Shown: positions 1 to 8,778 of the stretch, in pieces
Position numbering within the stretch: position 1 is the stretch's first letter
Layout of the letters: every line of letters begins with the position of its first letter
DNA from: Candidatus Saccharimonadia bacterium
GTDB lineage: Bacteria > Patescibacteriota > SICC01
Direction: 5' to 3'
Length of the DNA: 64,000 nt
Assembly (NCBI GenBank): GCA_025449535.1
Contig: JANWJF010000001.1
Location: forward strand, 303,344-367,343
Translations under genes and position numbers: made by a program
The notes under the pieces: generated by a model
What the model was told of the DNA's origin: nothing
What the model saw: the letters and a program-made list of their open reading frames with translations, nothing else
The model's database searches: none

Positions 1-3000
1 GTCGCTTTCGACCGGCAGGTCGACCGTTCGTGATCCTCCCGGGTAATCGACCCTGACCCGATAGCTGTCGTACCCCGGAGGCGGCGTGCCGTTCGGGTCG
101 GGGTTCGGTCGGTTGTAATAACCGAGCGTGAGGTCGTACAGACCCGGTTGGACGCCGTCGAGTTGATACGACCAGACCGCCGGAGCGTTGTTGGTACCGC
201 CGCATGCCCCCGGCAAGTTACCCGCTCCACCGCAGAAGAAGGATACGGAGTTGGGGTATGGAGCATAGTTGGTCAAACAGTAGGCATTGGCGCCGCTGCC
301 GAACTGGCAGCTATTGAAGTCACTGCCGTCCTTCGTCACCGACACGTTGTTCAATTGATCCGGATTCGTGCCGAAGTCGAGCTTGTAGCTGGCCTGCCGG
401 TCGTCACCGTTGCTGACCAAGCTCTCCGGGGTGTCGTTGAACCCGTTACTGCGGTTCGGGATCACCCGGGAGACCGTCGGCTGGACCCGCCGTTCCGTCC
501 CGTTATTGTATTGCACGGTGATCGGGAACTGCGGGTTGTCCTGGATCGGCTCGAAGTCACGAACGGAGCCAAGATAGTCGTAGATCTGATACCGCTTGGT
601 CGGCGTCTCGCCGGTGTTCCGGAGCGTCGTCTCCACCTGGACGGTCTGGCCGTCGGTCACGCTGTCCACCACCGCGCCGTTCAGGTCCTTGAACTTCTTG
701 GTGGAACCGGGCGGCAGCAGGTTGGGCCGGCTGTTCTTATGGAAGGTGGCACCGACCGGCGGGCCGAACCGGCGGTAGTTCAACGTGGGTTGGCTGCTGA
801 TCGGTATCGGGTAGCCCGAGTCGACGGTCGCCTGCGGGGTCGAGCGCGACCGGAAGAGGTCGGGGAGGGCGGGCAGCTCCGAGGCGCCGAACCGGTCCTC
901 GCCGCTGGCAGTCCAGGTCACGTCCGCACCTTCCGGCACGTCCTCTTGCAGGAACTGCGTGAGCGTCTTGTTCGGAACGCTCCGGGACGACCCGTTCACG
1001 GTCCAGCTCACGGGGCGCACGTCGTCGCTGGTATAGGTCCGGTTGTTGCCGCTCCCGTAACCGAAGGTACCGAGGTTCTTCAGCCAGCCGCCCCAGCTAT
1101 CACTGTTGAGTCCGCTGCGATTGAAGCTGGTGACGACGTTGGTCTGGCCGTCCTTCGTCCAGCTGATCGCGAAGTATGGCCTGACCTGGTTGTTTTCCGG
1201 GTCTTTCAGGACGATGGCCAGCTTGGAGCAGTTGTAGTTCACGTTGCCCGTGTTGGTAGGATTGTCCGGATCGGCCGAGACGATGGTGGCTACGGGACCC
1301 TTGTTCACGCGGAACTTGATCGCCGTGGTGCATTTTTCGACCGGACCGGGGTTCACGCAGGCCTGCCAGCTGTAATCGGTGTTCGCGCTGAAGGAATTCG
1401 CCTGGATCGGGACGCGGACCTGGTGCGTGCCCGGCTCGACGCTCGTGTTCGACTGGTCCACGCGGGCGACTTCTGCTCCGGTACTGGACTGGTTTACCTT
1501 GACGTAGTGCTTCACCAGCCCGCGGGTCTCCGGCAGCGTGTACTGGAACGCGAAGTCGATGATCGCATCGCCGGCGTTGTTCATCTGGTTGAAGTTCTCC
1601 CGACCGTTATACCGATACTTGCTGGCGTGCGCCTTGGGCGTGTGCGCGGTCACGCTGAAGTCGCTCGTGGCCAGGCACGTCGGCCAGTAGCCCCAGGTGA
1701 ACGGTGCGCCGCCTTGGGCCAGGTTGTTACCGTCGTTCCAGTGGTGGATGTTCAGTCGCCCGCTGAGCTGTTCGTTCGCCCGCCACAGGGGGTTGTAGGG
1801 GCTTCCTGACCCGGCCGGGTCATCAAGGAAAATGGCCCAGCCAGGATATGTCTGCCAAGTACCGCTGATTGAGCCGGAAGCAACTTGTCTCGTGATGCCA
1901 TCCGGCGCGTTATACCCGGAAGTGTTCAGGGTATTATTTTCGTTAAGCGTCCCGACGCGTTCCACCTGCGCGCTGATGTTTTGGTCACCCCCAGGTGGAG
2001 AACCTTCGAAGCCGCCCTTCGGTCCGTCATCCCAGTCGGCATTACCGGCCTTGAAGAGAGCTCCGCCACCGGTGGTTGGGCCGGTCGGTCCTCGATGTGA
2101 CCAATCATCGTTGCGACAACCTGCACCACCGGCCTGGAATCGCAAACCACGATACGACTGCCCGGCCATTTCCTCATACTCATGGTCCTGGCCCGGTTCG
2201 TTCGCCACCCCACCTACCGGACCGTAGCTGATATTGAAGGCAATGCTTGCCGGCGCACTGGCTAGGAACTCCTTGCCACCAGCCAGGTCCTTTGGGGTCC
2301 GCAAGAAATAGCCGTTCTGAACCAGGGGACCGCTAAGGTTGCGGCTCTGGGCGTACCGAAGGATGATTTCCGGACAGCGTAGCGTGTTAAAAGCAGCTGC
2401 GGTCAAGCAGCCATTATTCCAACTACCACTTCTTTGAATGTCATTAACATGTGTTACATACCCGTTAAAGCGGTCTTCAAAGACGACTGCCTTGATGAGA
2501 AACACGTAGTTTCCATTCAGGTTAGGGTAGTACGAACTCAAGAATCGTGCATTCGAATCCACTTGGCTAAAGTTTGCAGAACTCATTGTTCCGCTGTCAC
2601 CCCTAGTCCGGTCATAACAGAAGACGCGGTGCTCGTGTTCCTTGTTGGTGTGCGAACCGGGAACATCGCCGTGACTGTCCCAACCCCAGAAGCAGTTGCC
2701 ACCATCCTCGTAGTTACCAGGACTCCGATTGTAAAAAAGGAGCTTATTCGGATTCAGAAGATAGAAACCAGGGAATTGCTGAAAAGGACTTGCATCCGTA
2801 ATTCCTGAACCGTCCGGGTGGGAATGTGGGTCTCCGTAGTCGACCGGAACGTTATTTTCAAACTGGGCGCAGAAGACCCGGTGCGAATGCCAATTACCCG
2901 CATCGTCGCCAGCGAGAGTATTCGGGCTGTTCCACTCCCAGAAGCAGTTACCGCCACTTTGGTGGTTCGAAGGATGAGTATTGAACTGATCGTGGGCATT

Positions 3001-3909
3001 GTCGTTACGGTTCAACTGGCTCGTGTCTCCGGTTGCACTGCCGGGATTGTGGTGACTGTGCGGAGTATCACCGCTCCCGTGCTCATGACTCCGGCTATCG
3101 TTCTGCCTCACCACCCAAACGTGATCCGCCTCATGGACATGTGATTTATTGCTGTCCCGGCGCACGTTAAAGCATGGATCACTCCCCCCATACCGCCCAT
3201 CACAACTATCCTGTGCGGAGCCATCAAGCGTAATGCGGTTGGTTATTGCGCTACTGGGACCACCTGGTGCGTTAATTTCAAAGGTCCGCCAACAGGGGCC
3301 GTTGGCGCCATTCGAGTACTTGCACCCGTCGTTCGAATTCGGCTGGTTGTCGGTCGTCGGGAATATGTTACGGTCGCGCGGGTTGATGACGCCAAGCAAT
3401 CGGCCATCGCGCGGTCCGCCATTGGATAGCTGATACACCTCGTAGTACACCGGCGAGAGGAATCCGTGCTTCTTGGAAAGGTCGACTATCCCATCCACAT
3501 TCGCCTGGTCGCGGTCGTATCGATCCTGGCCTCCTGAATTATCCTCCGACCAATGCCCGCCACGCAGTTCAAACTTCACATTGGGCGTGGTCGAGCTGAC
3601 GAAGTACTGGTTTGGCATATAGGCCGCGGCCGTTCCGGCCGAGCCGGTCGGTCGATGCACAACTTGGCTCAAGCGCGCGCCGTCGGGAGAAGATCCACCG
3701 GGCGCTGATTGAGGCAATTGGTCCACCGGCGGGTGGATGACGTAATTATTGCGTTGGATCGTGTCACGAAAGTCGCCACCGCCCGTCCCCCACCACTGGT
3801 CACCCATGGCCAACGCGGTAGGTATCATCACGCCCAACACGAGAACGGCAACTGTGAGCAGTCGCCATCGCATGCGAAGTTTTCGTACCTGTAGTAGTTT
3901 TTGTTTCAT
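1..3909 (-). CDS. Very large secreted protein, C-terminus beyond the window edge (at least 1300 aa). N-terminal signal peptide, Asn/Gly-rich, with His-rich patches and repeated Cys/Trp modules (GGNCFWxW...HRVFC).
   Basis: Manual translation of the minus strand from ATG at 3907-3909 (MKQKLLQVRKLRMRWRLLTVAVLVLGVMIPTALA...) found no stop down to position 1. The frame fits the window edge. It is absent from the ORF track only because it lacks an in-window stop. High GC3 in most of the gene. Confidence 0.6.
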   Translation of the reverse strand, partial: MKQKLLQVRKLRMRWRLLTVAVLVLGVMIPTALAMGDQWWGTGGGDFRDTIQRNNYVIHPPVDQLPQSAPGGSSPDGARLSQVVHRPTGSAGTAAAYMPNQYFVSSTTPNVKFELRGGHWSEDNSGGQDRYDRDQANVDGIVDLSKKHGFLSPVYYEVYQLSNGGPRDGRLLGVINPRDRNIFPTTDNQPNSNDGCKYSNGANGPCWRTFEINAPGGPSSAITNRITLDGSAQDSCDGRYGGSDPCFNVRRDSNKSHVHEADHVWVVRQNDSRSHEHGSGDTPHSHHNPGSATGDTSQLNRNDNAHDQFNTHPSNHQSGGNCFWEWNSPNTLAGDDAGNWHSHRVFCAQFENNVPVDYGDPHSHPDGSGITDASPFQQFPGFYLLNPNKLLFYNRSPGNYEDGGNCFWGWDSHGDVPGSHTNKEHEHRVFCYDRTRGDSGTMSSANFSQVDSNARFLSSYYPNLNGNYVFLIKAVVFEDRFNGYVTHVNDIQRSGSWNNGCLTAAAFNTLRCPEIILRYAQSRNLSGPLVQNGYFLRTPKDLAGGKEFLASAPASIAFNISYGPVGGVANEPGQDHEYEEMAGQSYRGLRFQAGGAGCRNDDWSHRGPTGPTTGGGALFKAGNADWDDGPKGGFEGSPPGGDQNISAQVERVGTLNENNTLNTSGYNAPDGITRQVASGSISGTWQTYPGWAIFLDDPAGSGSPYNPLWRANEQLSGRLNIHHWNDGNNLAQGGAPFTWGYWPTCLATSDFSVTAHTPKAHASKYRYNGRENFNQMNNAGDAIIDFAFQYTLPETRGLVKHYVKVNQSSTGAEVARVDQSNTSVEPGTHQVRVPIQANSFSANTDYSWQACVNPGPVEKCTTAIKFRVNKGPVATIVSADPDNPTNTGNVNYNCSKLAIVLKDPENNQVRPYFAISWTKDGQTNVVTSFNRSGLNSDSWGGWLKNLGTFGYGSGNNRTYTSDDVRPVSWTVNGSSRSVPNKTLTQFLQEDVPEGADVTWTASGEDRFGASELPALPDLFRSRSTPQATVDSGYPIPISSQPTLNYRRFGPPVGATFHKNSRPNLLPPGSTKKFKDLNGAVVDSVTDGQTVQVETTLRNTGETPTKRYQIYDYLGSVRDFEPIQDNPQFPITVQYNNGTERRVQPTVSRVIPNRSNGFNDTPESLVSNGDDRQASYKLDFGTNPDQLNNVSVTKDGSDFNSCQFGSGANAYCLTNYAPYPNSVSFFCGGAGNLPGACGGTNNAPAVWSYQLDGVQPGLYDLTLGYYNRPNPDPNGTPPPGYDSYRVRVDYPGGSRTVDLPVESD

Positions 3910-3934
3910 CGGCAGGAACGTGGGAAATTAGGAA

Positions 3935-3963
3935 ACTATACCATCTATCTGCCTTAGTGTCAA
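3935..3963 (-). promoter_or_regulatory. Sigma70-like promoter for the giant secreted protein gene: TTGACA, 17-nt spacer, TATAGT.
   Basis: On the minus strand, TTGACA (3963-3958) and TATAGT (3940-3935) are separated by exactly 17 nt. This places a TSS about 18 nt upstream of the ATG at 3909. Confidence 0.45.
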
Positions 3964-4122
3964 TCTACCTGAATTTCGGCAAAACAAAAACCGCCGCGAC
4001 TCTGGACATCACCTCCTTTCAGGAGAGTAGACGATAAAGAGTGTACTATGCGTCGGTTCTTGCCAGTCGAAGCCCCGTAAATAGGACTGCAACTTAGATT
4101 GACGACCAAGCGGAACGCTTGA

Positions 4123-4923
4123 TCATGCGCGTTTCTTGACTACCCGGTTTGCACCATTCTTTCCCACGACCCACGGGATCTCGATGGCTCGCATGCGTCC
4201 TTGTATGGGGTCGTAATAGGGAACGGACTGTTGGACGCCCATCGACAGCCCGCACCATTTGTACTCGCGGCATAGCCGCTGGACGGCTTTCCGGTTAATA
4301 ACGAGCCGGATGACGTGATGGTTGCCAGCTGGCAATGCAGGCAACTCGACAACCTTTCGCTTTTTCTTGGGGTTGCCGACGAGCCTGCCGCCTTCGCGAG
4401 CACCCAGGGTGAGGTCGAACTCATTCTTGATCGTGGTCCGGCCTTCATAACTGACGATCGCCACGAATTGCTTCTTCGTCCTCACGATCCTGGTCTGGAG
4501 ATTATTCACTGAGCCAAGAGTCGACAGCGGGAAACTGAGGCGACCGACCTCATCCTGTGTAGTGGGACCAGACGCTATGGCCACCATGGTGAATGTGTAG
4601 TCTTCATCGGTTGGCCCTAGATCAGCCACCCAGCGACTCATGCCTCCTGGCGGCCCCTGTTCGACAGGGGTAACGCTTCGGATGACGAGAGACGGACCGG
4701 TAAACCCACCGTATTCCGCCACGGGTTCCGTGAGGTCAAAATATTGCGCCTCCGACACAACCCTGAATTCGAGTGACTTCGGCAGTGTTGTCGGCTGGCT
4801 GACGTCCGTCACCAGACAGATCTTGCCGTCTTCCGAGCACTGTTCGGCCTGGGCCGTACCTGCGAGCGCGATGCTGAGGACGAGCCCCAGCAGCGCGATG
4901 GTCTTGAATCGCTTGCTGCTCAT
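4123..4923 (-). CDS. Secreted hypothetical protein (266 aa) with a signal peptide (MSSKRFKTIALLGLVLSIALAGTAQA).
   Basis: ORF 4123..4986 trimmed to the ATG at 4923, which is preceded by a strong SD (AAAGGAGG). Classical signal peptide. Confidence 0.6.
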   Translation of the reverse strand: MSSKRFKTIALLGLVLSIALAGTAQAEQCSEDGKICLVTDVSQPTTLPKSLEFRVVSEAQYFDLTEPVAEYGGFTGPSLVIRSVTPVEQGPPGGMSRWVADLGPTDEDYTFTMVAIASGPTTQDEVGRLSFPLSTLGSVNNLQTRIVRTKKQFVAIVSYEGRTTIKNEFDLTLGAREGGRLVGNPKKKRKVVELPALPAGNHHVIRLVINRKAVQRLCREYKWCGLSMGVQQSVPYYDPIQGRMRAIEIPWVVGKNGANRVVKKRA

Positions 4924-5203
4924 TTGAGGCCTCCTTTCATCACGAAAGCAGACGGTAGTGCCTGTTTCCTTAGCCTCCTCACACACCCGAACACTCGGGG
5001 TCGCGAGGAGGCCAAGGATATCGCGTGCCTGTTTGTGAAACTGCGGGAACGGGGATTCAGTATATAAAAATCCCGGCCTGTTTTCGCCGGGATATCCCCT
5101 GTCCTCGTTGTAGCCGCACCATATCGCTACTTTTTACCTTTGTCAAGGTGTTTTTAGTCAAAATAGGAACGGTTTTCCACGTATGCGTTGCTAGAATAAC
5201 CCT

Positions 5204-5449
5204 ATGGCCGACGTCGCCAAGCTCATCCTCGCCCTGCATACGGACGTGACCCGCGGCTTCCGGTCGATGAACGTCCGGCTCGACGGGCATGACGACCGGC
5301 TGGATCGCATCGAGGCCAAGCTCGAGCAGCATGACCGGCGGTTCGTGGCTATCGACGACCGGTTCGATCGGGTGGACGAGCGATTCGACGGGATCGATCG
5401 GGAGCTCGAACAAATCAGGCGACGGCTTGGCGTATTAGAAACGACCTGA
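5204..5449 (+). CDS. Small coiled-coil protein (81 aa) with tandem DxRFDRxDERFDGIDRELE-type repeats.
   Basis: High GC3 typical of coding in this genome and balanced composition. Convergent with the FMN reductase gene. No clear SD. Confidence 0.4.
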   Translation: MADVAKLILALHTDVTRGFRSMNVRLDGHDDRLDRIEAKLEQHDRRFVAIDDRFDRVDERFDGIDRELEQIRRRLGVLETT

Positions 5450-6115
5450 CTACTTCTCGACGGTATTCCCCTCAGGCGGAACCGGGTTCGCCTTGAGGAT
5501 CCGGGCGACGTGCACGAGGTTGTGCGCGGTCCACTTGGCCGTACGCACGGTGTACGGATGCTGCTCCCCGCCGGCCTTAATGAAGCTGTCGCCCGGTCCG
5601 GCCGGACCGACCCAATACGTGTCGACGTTCGGTGGCACGGTGAAGCCGAGGTGGCCGAGGTTGTACAGCGTAGTCCCACAGGCGTCGTGCGCGCCGTCCT
5701 CGTTGCCGGTCACCGCCACGCCGGCGACCTTGTTGTACATCGGGAACTGCCCCACGTCGTTCGTCTCCATATACACGCCGTCAAGCCGCTCGATCACCCG
5801 CTGGGCGATGCTCCCGCGCACGCCGAACCAGATCGGCGTACCGAGCACGAAGATGTCCGCCGCCTTGATCTTGTCGAGTAGCTTCGGCCACTCGTCTTGC
5901 TTACCATTGACCTTTCCTTCATCGGAGGTCACGCCCGGCGGCACGTGGTAATCGACCACGCGGACCGTCTCGTGCGTCACGTCGAGGCCGTCGAAGTGCT
6001 TCGCGACCATCTTGAGCAGCGCCTCGGTGTTGGACGTCTCGGGAGACGCCTTGAGCGTGCAGTTGAAGAGGACGGCGGAAAGCTTAGGACTGTTTTCGAC
6101 GGGTCGCTTGGACAT
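5450..6115 (-). CDS. NAD(P)H-dependent FMN reductase / flavodoxin-like fold protein (222 aa).
   Basis: Motif KIKAADIFVLGTPIWFGVRGSIAQRVIERL is typical of the FMN_red/WrbA family. Start moved to the ATG at 6115 (MSKRP...) because the ORF-track N-terminal extension overlaps the tRNA-Pro gene. Confidence 0.65.
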   Translation of the reverse strand: MSKRPVENSPKLSAVLFNCTLKASPETSNTEALLKMVAKHFDGLDVTHETVRVVDYHVPPGVTSDEGKVNGKQDEWPKLLDKIKAADIFVLGTPIWFGVRGSIAQRVIERLDGVYMETNDVGQFPMYNKVAGVAVTGNEDGAHDACGTTLYNLGHLGFTVPPNVDTYWVGPAGPGDSFIKAGGEQHPYTVRTAKWTAHNLVHVARILKANPVPPEGNTVEK

Positions 6116-6165
6116 CGGATACAGCATACTACTAGCCGGGAGCGACAACCTATAAGCTATAGGTA

Positions 6166-6242
6166 CGGGGCGTGGCGCAGTCTGGCAGCGCGTACGGCTG
6201 GGGGCCGTGAGGTCGCCGGTTCGAATCCGGCCGCCCCGACCA
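6166..6242 (+). tRNA. tRNA-Pro (anticodon GGG), CCA encoded.
   Basis: Cloverleaf folded by hand. Acceptor CGGGGCG/CGCCCCG, D-stem GCGC/GCGC, anticodon stem TACGG/CCGTG with loop CTGGGGG (U33, G37), T-arm GCCGG-TTCGAAT-CCGGC, discriminator A then CCA. Confidence 0.85.
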
Positions 6243-6439
6243 AGTTTGCTAGCTCGGTTGACATGTTTTTTATTAGAGGCATAATGTGACTCACGTTCGG
6301 GTGTCCAGGGGCCTGGGTTCCACGGCATGAGGGAGAGTTACCGGAACCTGGGAGTGACAACCGAGCAAGCAGCGGACGATCGTCAGGGTTACACGTCGTC
6401 CGTCACCATCCGCTCCGTCCAATACCAATAGACTACCGT

Positions 6440-6584
6440 ACACCGACACAACGGCGGTCTTAGAAAAACGGGGGGAAATAGCGGAGCGGTAACACAGGGT
6501 CCGGAGCGGCGAGCTGATAAGGGAAACAAGGACCACCTCCCCTTCAGCCAACGCCCCCGGACCCGACTTCTTTGCACTACAAAA
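6440..6584 (+). ncRNA. Candidate structured ncRNA in a 340-nt ORF-free gap. It carries an SRP-RNA domain-IV-like string (CAGGGUCCGGAGCGGCGAGCUGAUAAGGGAAAC versus the E. coli/B. subtilis CAGGUCCGGAAGGAAGCAGC...AAGUGAAAC). Boundaries are uncertain.
   Basis: No credible ORF between 6243 and 6751. A strong intrinsic terminator lies immediately downstream. The motif resemblance to 4.5S/scRNA helix 8 is only partial (apical loop GGAG rather than GGAA). Confidence 0.2.
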
Positions 6585-6615
6585 CCGCGCGCTTCGGATG
6601 AAGCACGCGGTTTTT
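6585..6615 (+). terminator. Rho-independent terminator (CCGCGCGCTTC-GGAT-GAAGCACGCGG followed by TTTTT).
   Basis: GC-rich stem of 11 bp with one mismatch, followed by a 5-U tract, on the plus strand after the tRNA-Pro/ncRNA region. Confidence 0.7.
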
Positions 6616-6751
6616 CCTTGCGTCCGGAACCGGTATTGAAAACCTGGTGATAGCCAGGTGGGTGCCCGCAGTCGTAATCGCCACGGCGACCGACAATCTG
6701 AGGCTCCCGTTAACGAAATGAAGGTTCAATACGCGGCCGGACGCCCCGATA

Positions 6752-7429
6752 TTACACCAAGCCCGCTGGAAAGGCTTTGACGAAATAACCGAAGACGCCG
6801 ATGACCGGATCCAGTATCGTACCGAGGATGCGGGAGTCGAAGACGATCGCGGTCAGGAAGACGGCGATCAGGATGACCGGCCCGACCCGCAGATACTCCT
6901 GATAGGCATGCTGGAACCGGTGCGGCACCAGGATACCGATCGCCTTCGAGCCGTCCAGCGGCGGGATCGGCAGCAGGTTGAAGGCGGCCAGCAGGATGTT
7001 GATATCCGTCACGATGGTCGTGAACTGGAGCCAGGTCTGGTTGACCGCGGTGACGTCGCCGCCGGTGAGGTCGATGATCCGGAGCGGCAGCGCGAAGATG
7101 AACGCCACGACCAGATTGGTGACGATGCCGGCGATCGAGACGTAGAAGTCGCCAAGCTTGCCGTCGCGGAGGTTGGCCGGATTCACCGGGACCGGCTTGC
7201 CCCAGCCGATACCGGCGAAGAGGAACAGTAACGAGCCCGCCGGGTCGAGGTGCGCCTTGGGGTTCAGCGAGACGCGACCGAACATCCGGGCGGTCTGGTC
7301 GCCCTGCCGGGCCGCGACCCAGGCGTGGGCGAACTCATGGACGGTCAGTGCGATTACGATCGCGATCAGCACGAACACCGCCTGGAGCGGGCTGGCCGTG
7401 AAGTAATCGAGGATGAAGATTCCGGTCAC
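6752..7429 (-). CDS. Site-2 protease family zinc metalloprotease (peptidase M50).
   Basis: HEFAHA zinc motif in a transmembrane helix and the NLLPIPPLDG motif. Polytopic membrane protein. Confidence 0.8.
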   Translation of the reverse strand: MTGIFILDYFTASPLQAVFVLIAIVIALTVHEFAHAWVAARQGDQTARMFGRVSLNPKAHLDPAGSLLFLFAGIGWGKPVPVNPANLRDGKLGDFYVSIAGIVTNLVVAFIFALPLRIIDLTGGDVTAVNQTWLQFTTIVTDINILLAAFNLLPIPPLDGSKAIGILVPHRFQHAYQEYLRVGPVILIAVFLTAIVFDSRILGTILDPVIGVFGYFVKAFPAGLV

Positions 7430-7476
7430 GGCCTTTAGTGTACCTGGCGCCTGCGGTCACGCTATACTGGTGCGGT

Positions 7477-7806
7477 ATGTCATCCACGAGAAAGAACGCC
7501 CATCCCAAGAACAACCGGCGCAGCCGCAAGGCCAAGGCGCTGGCGAAGCTCGGTGTCGTCGAGAAGCGGCCGACCTCCGGTCATAACGTCTCGCATGCGC
7601 TGAACCGGACCAAGCGCCTCTTCCGACCGAACCTCCAGAAGACGAAGGTGCTCGTCGACGGCAAGCTGGTCAGCCTGAAGCTGGACGCGAAGACGATCCG
7701 CACCCTGACCAAGCAGCAGAAGGAGCGCACGCCGGTGAAGCCGAAAAAGCGCGCTCCCAAGTGGAACAAGAAAGCGGCCCCGAAAGCTGCTGCTGCCAAG
7801 AAGTAG
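7477..7806 (+). CDS. rpmB: 50S ribosomal protein L28 with basic N- and C-terminal extensions.
   Basis: RPTSGHNVSHALNRTKRLFRPNLQKTKVLVDGK matches the L28 core ([21 protein letters not shown]). Start set at the ATG at 7477. The ORF track begins at the GTG at 7438. Confidence 0.8.
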   Translation: MSSTRKNAHPKNNRRSRKAKALAKLGVVEKRPTSGHNVSHALNRTKRLFRPNLQKTKVLVDGKLVSLKLDAKTIRTLTKQQKERTPVKPKKRAPKWNKKAAPKAAAAKK

Positions 7807-7815
7807 CCGGGTCGT

Positions 7816-8466
7816 TTACTTGCGCGTCAGTTCCTCGTCGGGACGTTCCAGATAGTTCGGCGTACCGGCGGCGTCTTCCGTCCAGACGCGGCCAGCCAGG
7901 TCGTCCTCCTTGGAAAACCGTCCCGGCGTCCCCTTCAACCAGTTCCAGAGGTCCTTCGCCGCAGACGAGACGCTCTTGGTCTCGGTGAACGTCGGCTGGT
8001 GGTCGGCCGGCATGAACATGCCGTTGTCCTGCGGTTCGGGGGCCGGCAGTTCCTCGGGCGCGTTTTCGATCGCCTTGGTGGAGGACTCGCCCGCGATGCC
8101 CGCGGACCCCAGACGCCCACGCAGCTCCTCGAGTCGCTCCGAGACGTGCTCGGCGTCCGCCATCAGCCGATCGTACGTCACCTCGGCGATGAACCCGAGG
8201 TCGCGCGCGACCAGCAGCGAGTACTTCGTCTCTTCCAGCGTCGTGATCGCCTCCGTGATCCGGCTCGAGAACTCGGCCTCGTCCTTGCGGGCGTGTCCGG
8301 CCACGATGCTCGAGGCGACGCCGACGGCCCGCTTGCGCAGGTCCAGTCCCAGCGCCTGCCGCTCGTCCTGCGGAAGCTGGCTGGCCACCTTGTAGACGTC
8401 CAGCGTCAGCCGGTGGGCCAGCTTCCAGGTCTCGACGGCGAATTGGGTGGTCGACGGTTCGGACAT
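7816..8466 (-). CDS. Four-helix-bundle protein (23S rRNA intervening-sequence protein family) with an acidic C-terminal extension.
   Basis: WKLAHRLTLDVYKVASQLP...LRKRAVGVASSIVAGHARKDEAEFSSRITEAITTLEETKYSLLVARDLGFI matches the family. Start trimmed to the ATG at 8466. Confidence 0.6.
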   Translation of the reverse strand: MSEPSTTQFAVETWKLAHRLTLDVYKVASQLPQDERQALGLDLRKRAVGVASSIVAGHARKDEAEFSSRITEAITTLEETKYSLLVARDLGFIAEVTYDRLMADAEHVSERLEELRGRLGSAGIAGESSTKAIENAPEELPAPEPQDNGMFMPADHQPTFTETKSVSSAAKDLWNWLKGTPGRFSKEDDLAGRVWTEDAAGTPNYLERPDEELTRK

Positions 8467-8526
8467 CTGTCCCCGATTGTACATGAGATTCCTACAATCG
8501 AGCACGTTCGGGCCATACACGGGCAA

Positions 8527-8715
8527 TTATTCAGAACTTCTGACGAACGCCGGTAATTCCATGCCCAGTTCGGCAGCGATCTCTTCAAGAGTCCGGTCTT
8601 CCCCGCTCGCGGCTTGTCGCTCCTCAACTGTCCGGATGATAGCCCGGTTCTCCGGTGTATCATCCTCGGGTTTTACAAAGTCGATATCTCCTTCACCTAT
8701 GCTTTCCTCAGGCAT
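8527..8715 (-). CDS. Small acidic protein (62 aa), hypothetical.
   Basis: Perfect SD (AGGAGGTG) 5 nt upstream of the ATG at 8715. High GC3. Confidence 0.45.
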   Translation of the reverse strand: MPEESIGEGDIDFVKPEDDTPENRAIIRTVEERQAASGEDRTLEEIAAELGMELPAFVRSSE

Positions 8716-8778
8716 TTTCACCTCCTAGTGTGAATAACAAGTCAGCATACTCCTATCGGCCGGTTTGCCAAGCGGCCG

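Noticed and set aside
148-1809. 553-aa plus-strand ORF (and neighbours 1832..2227 and 2434..2808) overlapping the giant minus-strand gene.
   Set aside because: Arg/Val/Gly-rich low-complexity translation typical of antisense frames in GC-rich DNA. The minus-strand frame gives a coherent signal-peptide protein with repeated domains, while these do not.
5450-6328. ORF-track N-terminal extension of the FMN reductase gene (292 aa).
   Set aside because: The extension (MPWNPGPWTPERESHYASNKKHVNRASKLGRGGRIRTGDL...) runs antisense through the tRNA-Pro gene at 6166..6242. The conserved FMN_red fold starts at the internal ATG at 6115.
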